From positions 34,040 through 98,039 of IMG/VR virus record IMGVR_UViG_3300043748_000050: 64,000 bases of DNA, one strand, 5' to 3'. The translations under genes and the position numbers were made by a program. Below, piece after piece: positions 34,981 through 44,689 of the stretch (position 1 is the first letter of the stretch; each line of letters begins with the position of its first letter). Below the pieces are notes generated by a model. That model was given only the letters and a program-made list of their open reading frames with translations, did not search any database and was not told where the DNA came from. This stretch comes from a virus (Duplodnaviria; Caudoviricetes).

Positions 34981-35291
34981 GTGGAGAACGCCTGCTGGAC
35001 GTCGTCGGCGGAGCCGTTCAGCTCCAACAGTGCGACCTGTACGCGCACCGCGTCCCGATCCTCAACGCCCACCACATCTGCCCGGAATCGTGGTGGCTGG
35101 CGGCTGGGAAGCCGGTGAACAGCCCGCTCAAGAACCTGTGCCCCAACTGCCACGAGTCGGTACATACGGCGATCGATGGCATTCTCAGGCAGCTGGACTT
35201 GGCGGCGCTGCCGCCCCGGTGCGTAGCGCTGGCGCAACAGGCGTTCGTCCTGGCGGATCAGAACGGCCTCACGCCTGCCCCGACCCTCTGA
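34977..35291 (+). CDS. small HNH endonuclease
   Basis: AHHICP...LCPNCHESVH; near terS. Confidence 0.7.
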   Translation: MSGERLLDVVGGAVQLQQCDLYAHRVPILNAHHICPESWWLAAGKPVNSPLKNLCPNCHESVHTAIDGILRQLDLAALPPRCVALAQQAFVLADQNGLTPAPTL

Positions 35292-35305
35292 AGGGAACAC
35301 ACCCC

Positions 35306-36157
35306 ATGACCGTCATCGTCCATCGCTACGACCCGACCGACCCTCGTCTGGGCCGGCACGTCCGTCACGACAGTCGCTCGGCTGCGTACTCCGTGGCGCC
35401 GATGCCCCGCTCAGCCATCAAGTCGGTGACATGGGGGCGCCACATACCGATCCTGGACCAGGGGCAGATCGGGTCGTGTGAGCCGAACACGGGTGTCGAA
35501 CTGCTGGCCACGGACGCGACCGGCTACACCGGCGTCACCTCGGTCACCGTGCCGAAGGCGGACACCCAGGGCGAGTTCACCGCAGGGTCCACGTGGGAGA
35601 TCAACGAGGACTTCGCCCTCCAGCTCTACCGGCTGCTCACCCGCATCGATGGCTACCCCGGTTCGTGGGAGCCGGACGACACCGGATCCGACGGGCTCAC
35701 CATGGCCAAGGCCCTCGTCATGTTGGGTCTGTCGGACGTCTACCGGCACGCCTTCAGCTACAAGTCGGCCGTCACCGCGCTCCAGTCCGGCCCGGTCGCC
35801 TTCGGCACTGTCTGGTACAACAGCATGTTCGACCCGAAGCCGGACGGCGAGATCGTGGTGGACCCGTCTTCCGGCGTAGCAGGCGGCCATGCGTACATGT
35901 CCCGGCAGTTCGACGCCGACAACGACCGCGTGTGGATCGACAACCACTGGGCGGAGTCGTGGGGACTCGACGGCCGCGCGTGGATCCCCGGCAAGTCGAT
36001 GACCGCGCTGCTCAAGGCGCAGGGCGACGTCACCGTGCCGCACCTCGTCGGAGCCGCACCGGTGCCGCCGGCCCCGCCTGCTCCACCGGCCGTGGTTGGT
36101 GACGCGGACCTGTGGGCGTCTGCCAAGGCGTGGGCGGCGGGCAAGGGCTACAGCTGA
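35306..36157 (+). CDS. papain-family (C1A-like) cysteine peptidase
   Basis: LDQGQIGSC, GGHAY, NHWAESWGLDG. Confidence 0.8.
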   Translation: MTVIVHRYDPTDPRLGRHVRHDSRSAAYSVAPMPRSAIKSVTWGRHIPILDQGQIGSCEPNTGVELLATDATGYTGVTSVTVPKADTQGEFTAGSTWEINEDFALQLYRLLTRIDGYPGSWEPDDTGSDGLTMAKALVMLGLSDVYRHAFSYKSAVTALQSGPVAFGTVWYNSMFDPKPDGEIVVDPSSGVAGGHAYMSRQFDADNDRVWIDNHWAESWGLDGRAWIPGKSMTALLKAQGDVTVPHLVGAAPVPPAPPAPPAVVGDADLWASAKAWAAGKGYS

Positions 36158-36179
36158 CACGCGTGGGAAGGCGGAGCCT

Positions 36180-36251
36180 GTGGACGTCTACACGATCCTG
36201 GTCCTGGTGCTGCTCGTCGTATTGATCGTGTTCCTGGTGCGCCGCCTCTGA
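36180..36251 (+). CDS. small membrane peptide (23 aa)
   Basis: MDVYTILVLVLLVVLIVFLVRRL; GGAG upstream. Confidence 0.45.
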   Translation: MDVYTILVLVLLVVLIVFLVRRL

Positions 36252-36322
36252 CGAGGCGTAAGTCGCCCACGCAGCGGGTACGTGACCGGCGGGGATGGAC
36301 AGCACATCGTACCCCGACCCTT

Positions 36323-36353
36323 GGAACCGCCCGGCGCCGCACCGGGCGGTTCC
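36323..36353. terminator. hairpin/terminator
   Basis: GGAACCGCCCGG/CCGGGCGGTTCC. Confidence 0.55.
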
Positions 36354-36435
36354 TCGCGTTTTCCAGGCCGTTCGGTGATTCCCGTACTCCTGGCTACCCT
36401 TCGGCCACGATCAGAGACCAAGGAACGGAGTAGCC

Positions 36436-37512
36436 ATGCGGGTTCTTCTCACCGGGGCCTCGGGGTTCGTCGGAAGCCACGTCCTGCGGCATCTGCTTAC
36501 CCACACGGATTACGCCGTCGTCGCTCCGGTTTCGTTCCGGCACAAGGGTCTGCCCGCGCGGATCGCCTCAGCCGTCTGCGACACCGACTGGAACGAGCGT
36601 GTCAGCGTGGTGCACTGGGACATGCGCGCGCCGGCCGACCCGCTGACGCTGCGTCAGTTCGAGGGCTGTGACGTCATCATGAACGTGGCCTCGGAGAGCC
36701 ACGTCGACCGCTCCATCACTGACCCGTCCGGATTCGTCCAGAACAACGTGGCGCTGATGCTGAACGTGCTCGAGGTCGCGCGGGCGACCGGCCCCCGGCT
36801 GCTGCTCCAGATGTCCACGGACGAGGTGTACGGCCCGGCCTACGGCGAGCACCGGCACGCCGAGTGGGAACCGGCGATCCCGTCCAACCCGTACAGCGCG
36901 AGCAAGGCGGCGCAAGAGGCCATCGCGATCAGCTACTGGCGCACCTACTCGGTGCCGGTTGTACTCACCAACACCATGAACATCCTCGGTGAGATGCAAG
37001 ACAGCGAGAAGTTCTTGCCGATGATCGTTCGGAAGTTGCGGGACCGAGAGCCGGTCACCGTGCACACCGCACCGGACGGAACGCCGGGCTCGCGGTTCTA
37101 CCTGCACGCGCGGAACCTGGCGGATGCTTGGCTGTACCTGACACGCCGATACTGCGAGACGCACGACATACAGACCCTCGCCGGAGACGTCTACCGCGCC
37201 CCGGACCGTCTGGCAATGTACGCCGACGGAGCCGTGCGCCCAGACCGGTTCCACATCGTCGGTGAGCGCGAGGTGGCCAACACCGAGCTGGTCCGCATGG
37301 TCGGCGGCTTCATGGGCCTGGACAAGGACACCGTGGACGGCCTGATCAAACCGGTCTCCTTCCACTCCAGCCGGCCGGGTCACGATCTGCGTTACGCCCT
37401 GGACGGGGCGCGCATGGCGTCCATCGGCTGGGAGCCGCCGGTGCCGCTGGAGAAGTCGCTGGAGACGACGGTCCGCTGGTCTCTCGAGCACCCGGAATGG
37501 CTCGCACTGTGA
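36436..37512 (+). CDS. dTDP-glucose 4,6-dehydratase-like (RmlB family)
   Basis: GASGFVG, ASESHVDRSI, STDEVYG, PYSASKA, RPGHDLRY. Confidence 0.85.
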   Translation: MRVLLTGASGFVGSHVLRHLLTHTDYAVVAPVSFRHKGLPARIASAVCDTDWNERVSVVHWDMRAPADPLTLRQFEGCDVIMNVASESHVDRSITDPSGFVQNNVALMLNVLEVARATGPRLLLQMSTDEVYGPAYGEHRHAEWEPAIPSNPYSASKAAQEAIAISYWRTYSVPVVLTNTMNILGEMQDSEKFLPMIVRKLRDREPVTVHTAPDGTPGSRFYLHARNLADAWLYLTRRYCETHDIQTLAGDVYRAPDRLAMYADGAVRPDRFHIVGEREVANTELVRMVGGFMGLDKDTVDGLIKPVSFHSSRPGHDLRYALDGARMASIGWEPPVPLEKSLETTVRWSLEHPEWLAL

Positions 37513-37652
37513 ACACCGTCCGGCTCGTGTGCGCGCAGTGCGGGGACGTCCACACCGTGCCGAGCGACGGCCTGCACTGCGTGCGGCACTGGTGCTGGCA
37601 GGACGCTGCGACCGGGCTGTGGTGCTCCATGGGCCGGTCGGTGGACGAATGA
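37509..37652 (+). CDS. small Cys-rich protein
   Basis: GTGA coupling; CAQC. Confidence 0.4.
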   Translation: MNTVRLVCAQCGDVHTVPSDGLHCVRHWCWQDAATGLWCSMGRSVDE

Positions 37653-37663
37653 ACCCCGATACA

Positions 37664-37703
37664 TGGTTTAGCTAATCCATAGACCGGGGATTTAACTAAA
37701 TGA
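37664..37703. promoter_or_regulatory. tandem pair of conserved inverted repeats
   Basis: TGGTTTAGCTAATCCA and GGATTTAACTAAATGA, upstream of the multi-HTH regulator. Confidence 0.6.
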
Positions 37704-37813
37704 GAGCAGTCCCGGCCACAACCCGGTGAAGACCCCTGGGGAACCGCCGGTGACAAGGGCCCCGGTCAGTCACAGTGACCGGGGCCCACCCAATCTACGG
37801 GAGGTGTACCCCA

Positions 37814-38632
37814 GTGGAGTCCGAGCCGCAGCCAGTCGTCGTCCTGACCGAGCGCCAGACGCGCGTGCTGTGGCTCGAGTCGATGGGGTACACCCGTGAG
37901 GGCATCGCCCGGGAGACCGGTTGGGCGTTGAGCAACGTCAAGAGCCTGTGCCAGCGGGTTCACCGCAACCTCCGGGCCTCCACAGCGGCGCAGGCCGTCA
38001 GGATAGGCCTGCTGGACGGCCACATCGGACCGTACGAGGATTGCGGGTCCCTGGTCGCCTACCGTCGCCACATCAAGCAGGACGAGCCCACCTGTCCGGC
38101 CTGCAAACGCGGGAACAAGGACCGGATGGACACCGAGGCATTGCTGCGCTCCCAGCAGCAACTCGGGGAGCCGCACATCCGTCTGCTGCGCGCGATGTAC
38201 GCGGGTCGTAGCAACCTCCAGATACGTCACGCCTGGAACATCAACGAGCGCACGCTGACCAAGCTCATCACGTCCACGTACACGCTGCTCGGAGTCATTC
38301 ACTACGCCCCGTCCGTACGCCGTGAGGCGGCCATCAGGGCGGCGGCTCAGCGCGGGCTGCTCGGCACGCAGCGACCGACACCACCGCCCACCGACAAAGC
38401 CCCCGTCAGGCTGTCAGAAACGCACGTGAGGATACTCGCCGAGCTGGCGGGCGGAGCGTCCATAGCCGAGGCCGCACGACACCTGGGGATCGTCCCCGGA
38501 ACCTGCTCGACACGCCTGTCAGAGGCGTACCAGCGTCTAGGTGTGTCCTGGATGGACAAGGCCCAGCGGCGACCGGAGGCCATCCGGCGGGCCCGCGAGA
38601 TGGGCCTGCTGCCCGAGCCCGCGTCGGCGTGA
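37814..38632 (+). CDS. regulator with three LuxR-like HTH repeats and a Zn site
   Basis: LTERQTRVL...GIARE; LLRAMYAGRSNLQI; LSETHVRILAELAGGASIAEAARHLG; CG..AYRRH...CPAC. Confidence 0.7.
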   Translation: MESEPQPVVVLTERQTRVLWLESMGYTREGIARETGWALSNVKSLCQRVHRNLRASTAAQAVRIGLLDGHIGPYEDCGSLVAYRRHIKQDEPTCPACKRGNKDRMDTEALLRSQQQLGEPHIRLLRAMYAGRSNLQIRHAWNINERTLTKLITSTYTLLGVIHYAPSVRREAAIRAAAQRGLLGTQRPTPPPTDKAPVRLSETHVRILAELAGGASIAEAARHLGIVPGTCSTRLSEAYQRLGVSWMDKAQRRPEAIRRAREMGLLPEPASA

Positions 38633-39712
<1,080 letters not shown>

Positions 39713-39753
39713 CATCCCGGGTCACGGCCGCACCCGGGAAGGCCGGTTGACGG

Positions 39754-39791
39754 AGCCCCGCCCTTCTACCCCAGTAGCTGGGGGCGGGGCT
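39754..39791 (+). terminator. terminator hairpin
   Basis: AGCCCCGCCC/GGGCGGGGCT. Confidence 0.6.
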
Positions 39792-39830
39792 TCGCCGTGA
39801 CAGGACGCGCCGCGCATCGTTCAGCTGGGT

Positions 39831-40052
39831 GTGGCTACTGCTGAACAAGTCCTCGCCGGTCTTCTGAAGGTGCCTGGGACTGTCATGGGCGACCTGTTCG
39901 GGTTCATCGGTCGACTGCGCGCTGAGCACGGCGACGACTGGGAAATCGCCTTCCCCGAGGATCTCGTCAAACTGGCTTGGAGTGGAGATGCGCCGTGGGC
40001 CATGGAAATTTTGGGTGGGATGGCGCGCCTGATTGGCGAAGACGACGCCTGA
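39831..40052 (+). CDS. hypothetical protein (73 aa)
   Basis: ORF track only; lower GC. Confidence 0.4.
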   Translation: MATAEQVLAGLLKVPGTVMGDLFGFIGRLRAEHGDDWEIAFPEDLVKLAWSGDAPWAMEILGGMARLIGEDDA

Positions 40053-40097
40053 CCTGCTCCGGAAATCGTCAGCCGTGAACCGCCGCACAATGGCCTG

Positions 40098-41468
40098 ATG
40101 GTGGACGCGAGGCTGAGAAGCAGAGCGGCTGACAAGCTGCTGATGCACGCGCAGACGCTCACCGAGCCGCGCTGGACACCGCTGCCGCACCAGGTCCCGC
40201 CGGAGGGCAGGTGGTCGGGGTGGGCGCTTGTGGCCGGGCGAGGCAGCGGCAAGACGGACGCGTGTGCGAACTACGTTGCCCAGCACGTGGCAGGGCCGCC
40301 GTGTCTGCCCGGTCCGGTCCCGCACTGGATAGGCATCATCGCTCCGACGCTGGGTGACGCGGCGACGTCCTGCTTCGGCGGCCCATCGGGGCTCCGTGCA
40401 CACAGCCCCAAAGCACGCATGATCACTGTTCAGGGCGGAACGGTGGTCCGGTGGCCAAACGGCTCTGAAGCCAAACTGTTCGGTGCGCACAGCCCCGAGG
40501 ATGTAGAGCGTTTGCGATCCGGAGGAAATCGTTGCCTGAACTGGTTGGAGGAACTCGCAGCCTGGAGGTATCTAGAGGACACCTGGGACCAGATGCGTTT
40601 CGGTTTGCGAACTGGTCCGCGCCCGCACTGGGTTGCATCGACCACACCGAAGCCCCGGACCCTGATCAAGAAGCTGACGTCCGGCCAGATGGACAACGTC
40701 GTCGTCACCCGGGGCACCACCTACGACAACCCTCACCTACCGCAGGACATCCGCGATGCACTTGAGGACGCGTACGGCGGGACGCAGATCGGCCGCCAGG
40801 AGCTGTACGCCGAGGTCATCGACCAGGACGAGAACGCGTTGTGGAACAGGGGCATGCTGGACGCCACGCGGGTGCGCCCCGATGCCCTGCCGCCGCTGGT
40901 GAAGAAGTCCGTCGGCGTGGACCCGTCCGGCGGCCGGGGAGAGCAGGGCATCGTCGTGGTGGGCAAGGCAATGGTGGAGCACTTCCGCGAGGTCGCCGGA
41001 CAGCAGCGGCCCGTCAAGCTGGCGGAGGGGTTCGTCCTCGCGGACCGCACCTGCCACCTCTCGCCGGACGGCTGGGGCCGGCGGGCCGTGCAGGCGGCCG
41101 TGGACCACGAGGCGGACGACATCTGCGTGGAGGTCAACTTCGGTGGGGACATGGCGGTGCAGACGATCCGGTCGGCCGCCGACGCCATGGGCATCCACAT
41201 CCCGATCAAGGTGGTGCGCGCGACGCGGGGGAAGAAGGTCCGTGCCGAACCGGTGAGTGCCCTGACCGAGCAGGGCCGTTGGCACCTGGCGGGGAACTTC
41301 CCCGAGCTGGAGGACCAGATGTGCGAGTGGTACGACGAACTCGACTGGTCACCAGATCGTTTGGACGCGATGGTGTGGCCGGCCTGGCACCAGCGGATCG
41401 TGAAGGCAGCGATGACCGGTGTGACGACGGCCGGCGGGCTCGTGGCGGCCAACCGGCAGATCGCGTGA
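40098..41468 (+). CDS. terL: terminase large subunit
   Basis: AGRGSGKT, WLEE, STTP, GVDP, SPDRLDA. Confidence 0.9.
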   Translation: MVDARLRSRAADKLLMHAQTLTEPRWTPLPHQVPPEGRWSGWALVAGRGSGKTDACANYVAQHVAGPPCLPGPVPHWIGIIAPTLGDAATSCFGGPSGLRAHSPKARMITVQGGTVVRWPNGSEAKLFGAHSPEDVERLRSGGNRCLNWLEELAAWRYLEDTWDQMRFGLRTGPRPHWVASTTPKPRTLIKKLTSGQMDNVVVTRGTTYDNPHLPQDIRDALEDAYGGTQIGRQELYAEVIDQDENALWNRGMLDATRVRPDALPPLVKKSVGVDPSGGRGEQGIVVVGKAMVEHFREVAGQQRPVKLAEGFVLADRTCHLSPDGWGRRAVQAAVDHEADDICVEVNFGGDMAVQTIRSAADAMGIHIPIKVVRATRGKKVRAEPVSALTEQGRWHLAGNFPELEDQMCEWYDELDWSPDRLDAMVWPAWHQRIVKAAMTGVTTAGGLVAANRQIA

Positions 41469-41477
41469 GGAGCAACC

Positions 41478-41735
41478 GTGGACGACCCGCTGCTAACCGC
41501 CATGGCCGAGGCCCTGCGCCGCCACGGCGTCACCGACCCGAAGGCCGTCATCGCGGCAGCCGACGCGGCCGTGCTCGTCCTGGGCAAGGACCGGTGCATC
41601 TGCCGCCGGGACGTCCACGCGCAGCACCATCACAGCCCGGTGGACCGCTGTCCCTGGTGCCACCCGGCCGCCGTACCGAAGGCGCGGAAACGGAAGAGTG
41701 GCACGGACACGGTGCCGACGCAGGGTCTGCTGTAG
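41478..41735 (+). CDS. hypothetical protein
   Basis: GAGGAG RBS; CIC...CPWC. Confidence 0.55.
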   Translation: MDDPLLTAMAEALRRHGVTDPKAVIAAADAAVLVLGKDRCICRRDVHAQHHHSPVDRCPWCHPAAVPKARKRKSGTDTVPTQGLL

Positions 41736-41884
41736 GGGTTGCGCGCAAATACACCGCAGGCCGTCGTCCCGCCCATCTGGGTCCTGGTGAAGGGCACGGA
41801 CCTGCGGAGTTGGTGAATCGACGTTCCGGTTGCAGAATCTGCCGCCCGATCGGGTGACGAGGGGTTGCCCTGCAACGCCCCGGT

Positions 41885-41900
41885 TGGTTTAATCAAATCA
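41885..41900. promoter_or_regulatory. 16-bp conserved inverted repeat
   Basis: TGGTTTAATCAAATCA, followed by GACCACGGAA. Confidence 0.75.
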
Positions 41901-41923
41901 ACACGACCACGGAAAGGAAGACC

Positions 41924-42883
41924 ATGGAAACTGCCGCGAAGGCTGACGAGCTGCGCGAGATGGCGGAGGACCCGAACTTGGGACTCCTCTGGAACCAGGG
42001 GCTCGGCTGGCTGTACTGGGACGGCAAGGTCTGGAACGAGGTGCCCGCAACCGACGCACTCCACCGGGTGAACGAGTACCGGGAAGACCGAGGTACCGGC
42101 CCGTGGGCGCCCCGGCGGATGCCCCAGCTACGGGCGGCACGGGAGGTAGAGACAAGTCACCTTGACTCTCATCCGGACCTGCTGAACGTTCAGAACGGCG
42201 TGGTGGACTTCCGCACCGGAGAACTGCGCCCGCATAGCCGATCGCGGCTGATGACCCGCATTGCGGGCGCCGCGTACAACCCCGGGGCGGTGTCGGCTGC
42301 CTGGGACCGCATCCTCTCGTCCCTCACCGAAGAAGTTCAGGAGGCGCTGCAACTCACGGCCGGGCAGGCGGCCACAGGGGCACGGGGTGACTCCGCGACG
42401 CTGCTTCACGGGCCCGGTTGCTCCGGAAAGTCCACGTTCGCTAGGGCCGTGCGTGAGGCTCTGGGCTCGTACGCAGTCCACGCGTCCGACACCCGAGGCT
42501 TGATGGGTATGCGGCGGGACGGCAGCCTGCGCGGGGCACGGTTCGCCGTCGCCGAGGAAGCCGACAGCATCCGGCCGGACGATCTCAAGCTGCTGGTTTC
42601 CCCGGACCTGATTGTTGCCCGGCGCATCCGACGCGACACCTTCACGCACCTGCCCTCGCACAGCCTGCTTCTGGTGGCGAACGTGTGGCCCGCCAAGGTG
42701 CTCGGGGACCAAGGCGCCTACCGGCGCACAGCCGTGGTGGGCCTGTCCTCTCTGGACGCACGCGGCGGGGCCGACCCAACACTGCGGCGAGCCATCGCCG
42801 ACGAGGGCCCTGTGTTCCGCGAGGCCGTCCTACGGTGGATCGTGCGGGGCGCCGTGCGCTGGTACGCCGAGAACGGCGAGTGA
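41924..42883 (+). CDS. stand-alone D5_N/SF3 helicase fragment (paralog of the main helicase)
   Basis: GLGWLYWDGKVW, LLNVQNGVVD, GPGCSGKST, GARFAVAEE. Confidence 0.75.
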   Translation: METAAKADELREMAEDPNLGLLWNQGLGWLYWDGKVWNEVPATDALHRVNEYREDRGTGPWAPRRMPQLRAAREVETSHLDSHPDLLNVQNGVVDFRTGELRPHSRSRLMTRIAGAAYNPGAVSAAWDRILSSLTEEVQEALQLTAGQAATGARGDSATLLHGPGCSGKSTFARAVREALGSYAVHASDTRGLMGMRRDGSLRGARFAVAEEADSIRPDDLKLLVSPDLIVARRIRRDTFTHLPSHSLLLVANVWPAKVLGDQGAYRRTAVVGLSSLDARGGADPTLRRAIADEGPVFREAVLRWIVRGAVRWYAENGE

Positions 42884-42951
42884 CTGAACCCGACCACCCC
42901 GAGCCCCGGAGCCTCCACGGTCCGGGGCTTTTCGGAGGGAGGACTGACGCG

Positions 42952-43524
42952 ATGGCGACCCCTCGCACAGCACCCGAAGTAGCCGTCGCAGAGGTCCGCG
43001 CGGCGGGGTACGAGCCGCTGGAGCCATACCCCGGCCGCACCGTAGACCCCTGGAACGCCCTGTGCCCGGAGTGCGGGTGCCGGTGGGCCCTCACGTTGCA
43101 AAGGATCCGCAGCGGGCACCGTTGCCAGCACACGAGGTACACACAGGACGCCGCACGGAAGAGGCTGGCGGCGCGGGGGTACGAACCGGCGGAGCCCTAC
43201 CCCGGCGACAATCAGCAGCGGTGGCGGGTGCGCTGCGTCAGGTGCAAACGGAGGACGCGCTGCGCACCGATGGTCGTGCTGCGCCGAGCCGTCCCGTGTC
43301 CGTGCGCAGAACATGCCTCTCAGGCGGAGGCAGACATCCGCGCAGCGGGATACATACCGCTGGCTCCCTATCCCGGGAACACCCGAGACCCCTGGTCGGC
43401 CCGGTGCACAACGTGCGGAGTCGAGCGGATGCCGAACGTCGACACCATCCGCAGCGGGAAACGCTGCAAACACCTTGATGCACGGGGCAACCCGATCACT
43501 CCACCCGCTGACGGGGACAACTAA
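42952..43524 (+). CDS. protein with three Zn-ribbon repeats
   Basis: 3x GY(E/I)PxxPYPG...W...CxxC. Confidence 0.7.
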   Translation: MATPRTAPEVAVAEVRAAGYEPLEPYPGRTVDPWNALCPECGCRWALTLQRIRSGHRCQHTRYTQDAARKRLAARGYEPAEPYPGDNQQRWRVRCVRCKRRTRCAPMVVLRRAVPCPCAEHASQAEADIRAAGYIPLAPYPGNTRDPWSARCTTCGVERMPNVDTIRSGKRCKHLDARGNPITPPADGDN

Positions 43525-43598
43525 GCCGGGTCGTTCACCCGAATCGGTGATTTGGCGAATCCGCCCTACCCTGCCCACGGCATCCCCAAGGAGGAACC

Positions 43599-43964
43599 AT
43601 GGGCAAGGTGTTCGGCAGAGAGCCTGCGATGTGGCTCGCTCTCCTCGGCGCGGCGTGGCAGATCGTGTCCGCGTTCGGACTGAACTTCGACGCGCAGACG
43701 CAGTCCGTCGTGACAGCCGTCGTCGCGGCCGTCCTCGGCGTCGTCGTCGCCGTCCGCGTGCACGACGGGATCGTGGCGGCTGTCAACGGGTTCGTCATCG
43801 CGGGTGTCTCGGCCGTGTCGTACTACTGCATGCACTGGACCGCTGAGCACCAGTCGGAACTCGTGGGCGCAATCATGATCGTCTACACGTTCTTCGCCAC
43901 CCGACAGAACGTCACCCCGCCGACTCAGGCGTCCGTCTCCCCGGCCGGAAAACTGGTCGCCTGA
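43599..43964 (+). CDS. holin-like membrane protein
   Basis: 4 short TM segments, FGREPA, RQNVTP; upstream of endolysin. Confidence 0.65.
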   Translation: MGKVFGREPAMWLALLGAAWQIVSAFGLNFDAQTQSVVTAVVAAVLGVVVAVRVHDGIVAAVNGFVIAGVSAVSYYCMHWTAEHQSELVGAIMIVYTFFATRQNVTPPTQASVSPAGKLVA

Positions 43965-44075
43965 CGCAACTTGACGCAACCGGGTCATCAGGCGGAACGT
44001 CTTCCTTACGACGGGGCGCTCGGCCTGGTGACCACCTCCAACCGTTCGCCCGTCAGGGCGTCCCGTCCACAGACC

Positions 44076-44489
44076 ATGGAGCCCGGAATCGTGCCCACCT
44101 GGCTGCTCATCGCCTGCATGGCCCTCGCCAACTACCGCGCCTCGCGGTTGATCACGAAAGACGACTTCCCGCCGGTCCTCTGGCTGCGCGACCGACTCGC
44201 CGGTGGCTGGCGACCGCTGACCCCGAAGGAACTCAGCGCCCCCACGGCCGTGGACTGGAGGCCCCAGACACAAGAGATCGACGGGGTCATGAACCGTTAC
44301 GTGGCTCGCAAAGCGTGGTCGCCGTACTGGCTCGCCGAACTCGTCTCCTGCCCCTGGTGCGTGTCCGGCTGGCTCGCCGCCGCACTCACGGCCGCCGTGG
44401 CGTTCACGGTCGGAGTCCCGGCGCCGGTGCTCGTCTGGGGCGCGGTGTGGGGCGCCTCGGCCCTGCTCGCCTCGCGGGAGTGGGCGTGA
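44076..44489 (+). CDS. DUF1360-like membrane protein
   Basis: YRASRLITKD..PP..LR, ELVSCPWCVSGW. Confidence 0.75.
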   Translation: MEPGIVPTWLLIACMALANYRASRLITKDDFPPVLWLRDRLAGGWRPLTPKELSAPTAVDWRPQTQEIDGVMNRYVARKAWSPYWLAELVSCPWCVSGWLAAALTAAVAFTVGVPAPVLVWGAVWGASALLASREWA

Positions 44490-44689
44490 TAGCCGGCCGG
44501 CCGGCGTTGCCTCGTCGTGCGCAGTGCACGGTCCGTCGCTCGGACGTCATGGCGGAGATGGAGCGCCTGACGAACACAGACGGCATTTGGGGTGTCGAAC
44601 TCGTCCTGGTCGCCGGCGAGGTGGCCCGCATGGTCGTGCACCAGGAGGACGGCGGCAGAGACGAACTGACCGTTACGGAGGACTCATGA
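44486..44689 (+). CDS. hypothetical protein
   Basis: Coupled at both ends. Confidence 0.45.
   Translation: MIAGRPALPRRAQCTVRRSDVMAEMERLTNTDGIWGVELVLVAGEVARMVVHQEDGGRDELTVTEDS

Noticed and set aside
36248-36275. CTGACGA followed by a GGCG/CGCC stem, a possible third hammerhead
   Set aside because: No GAAA after the stem and no stems I/III
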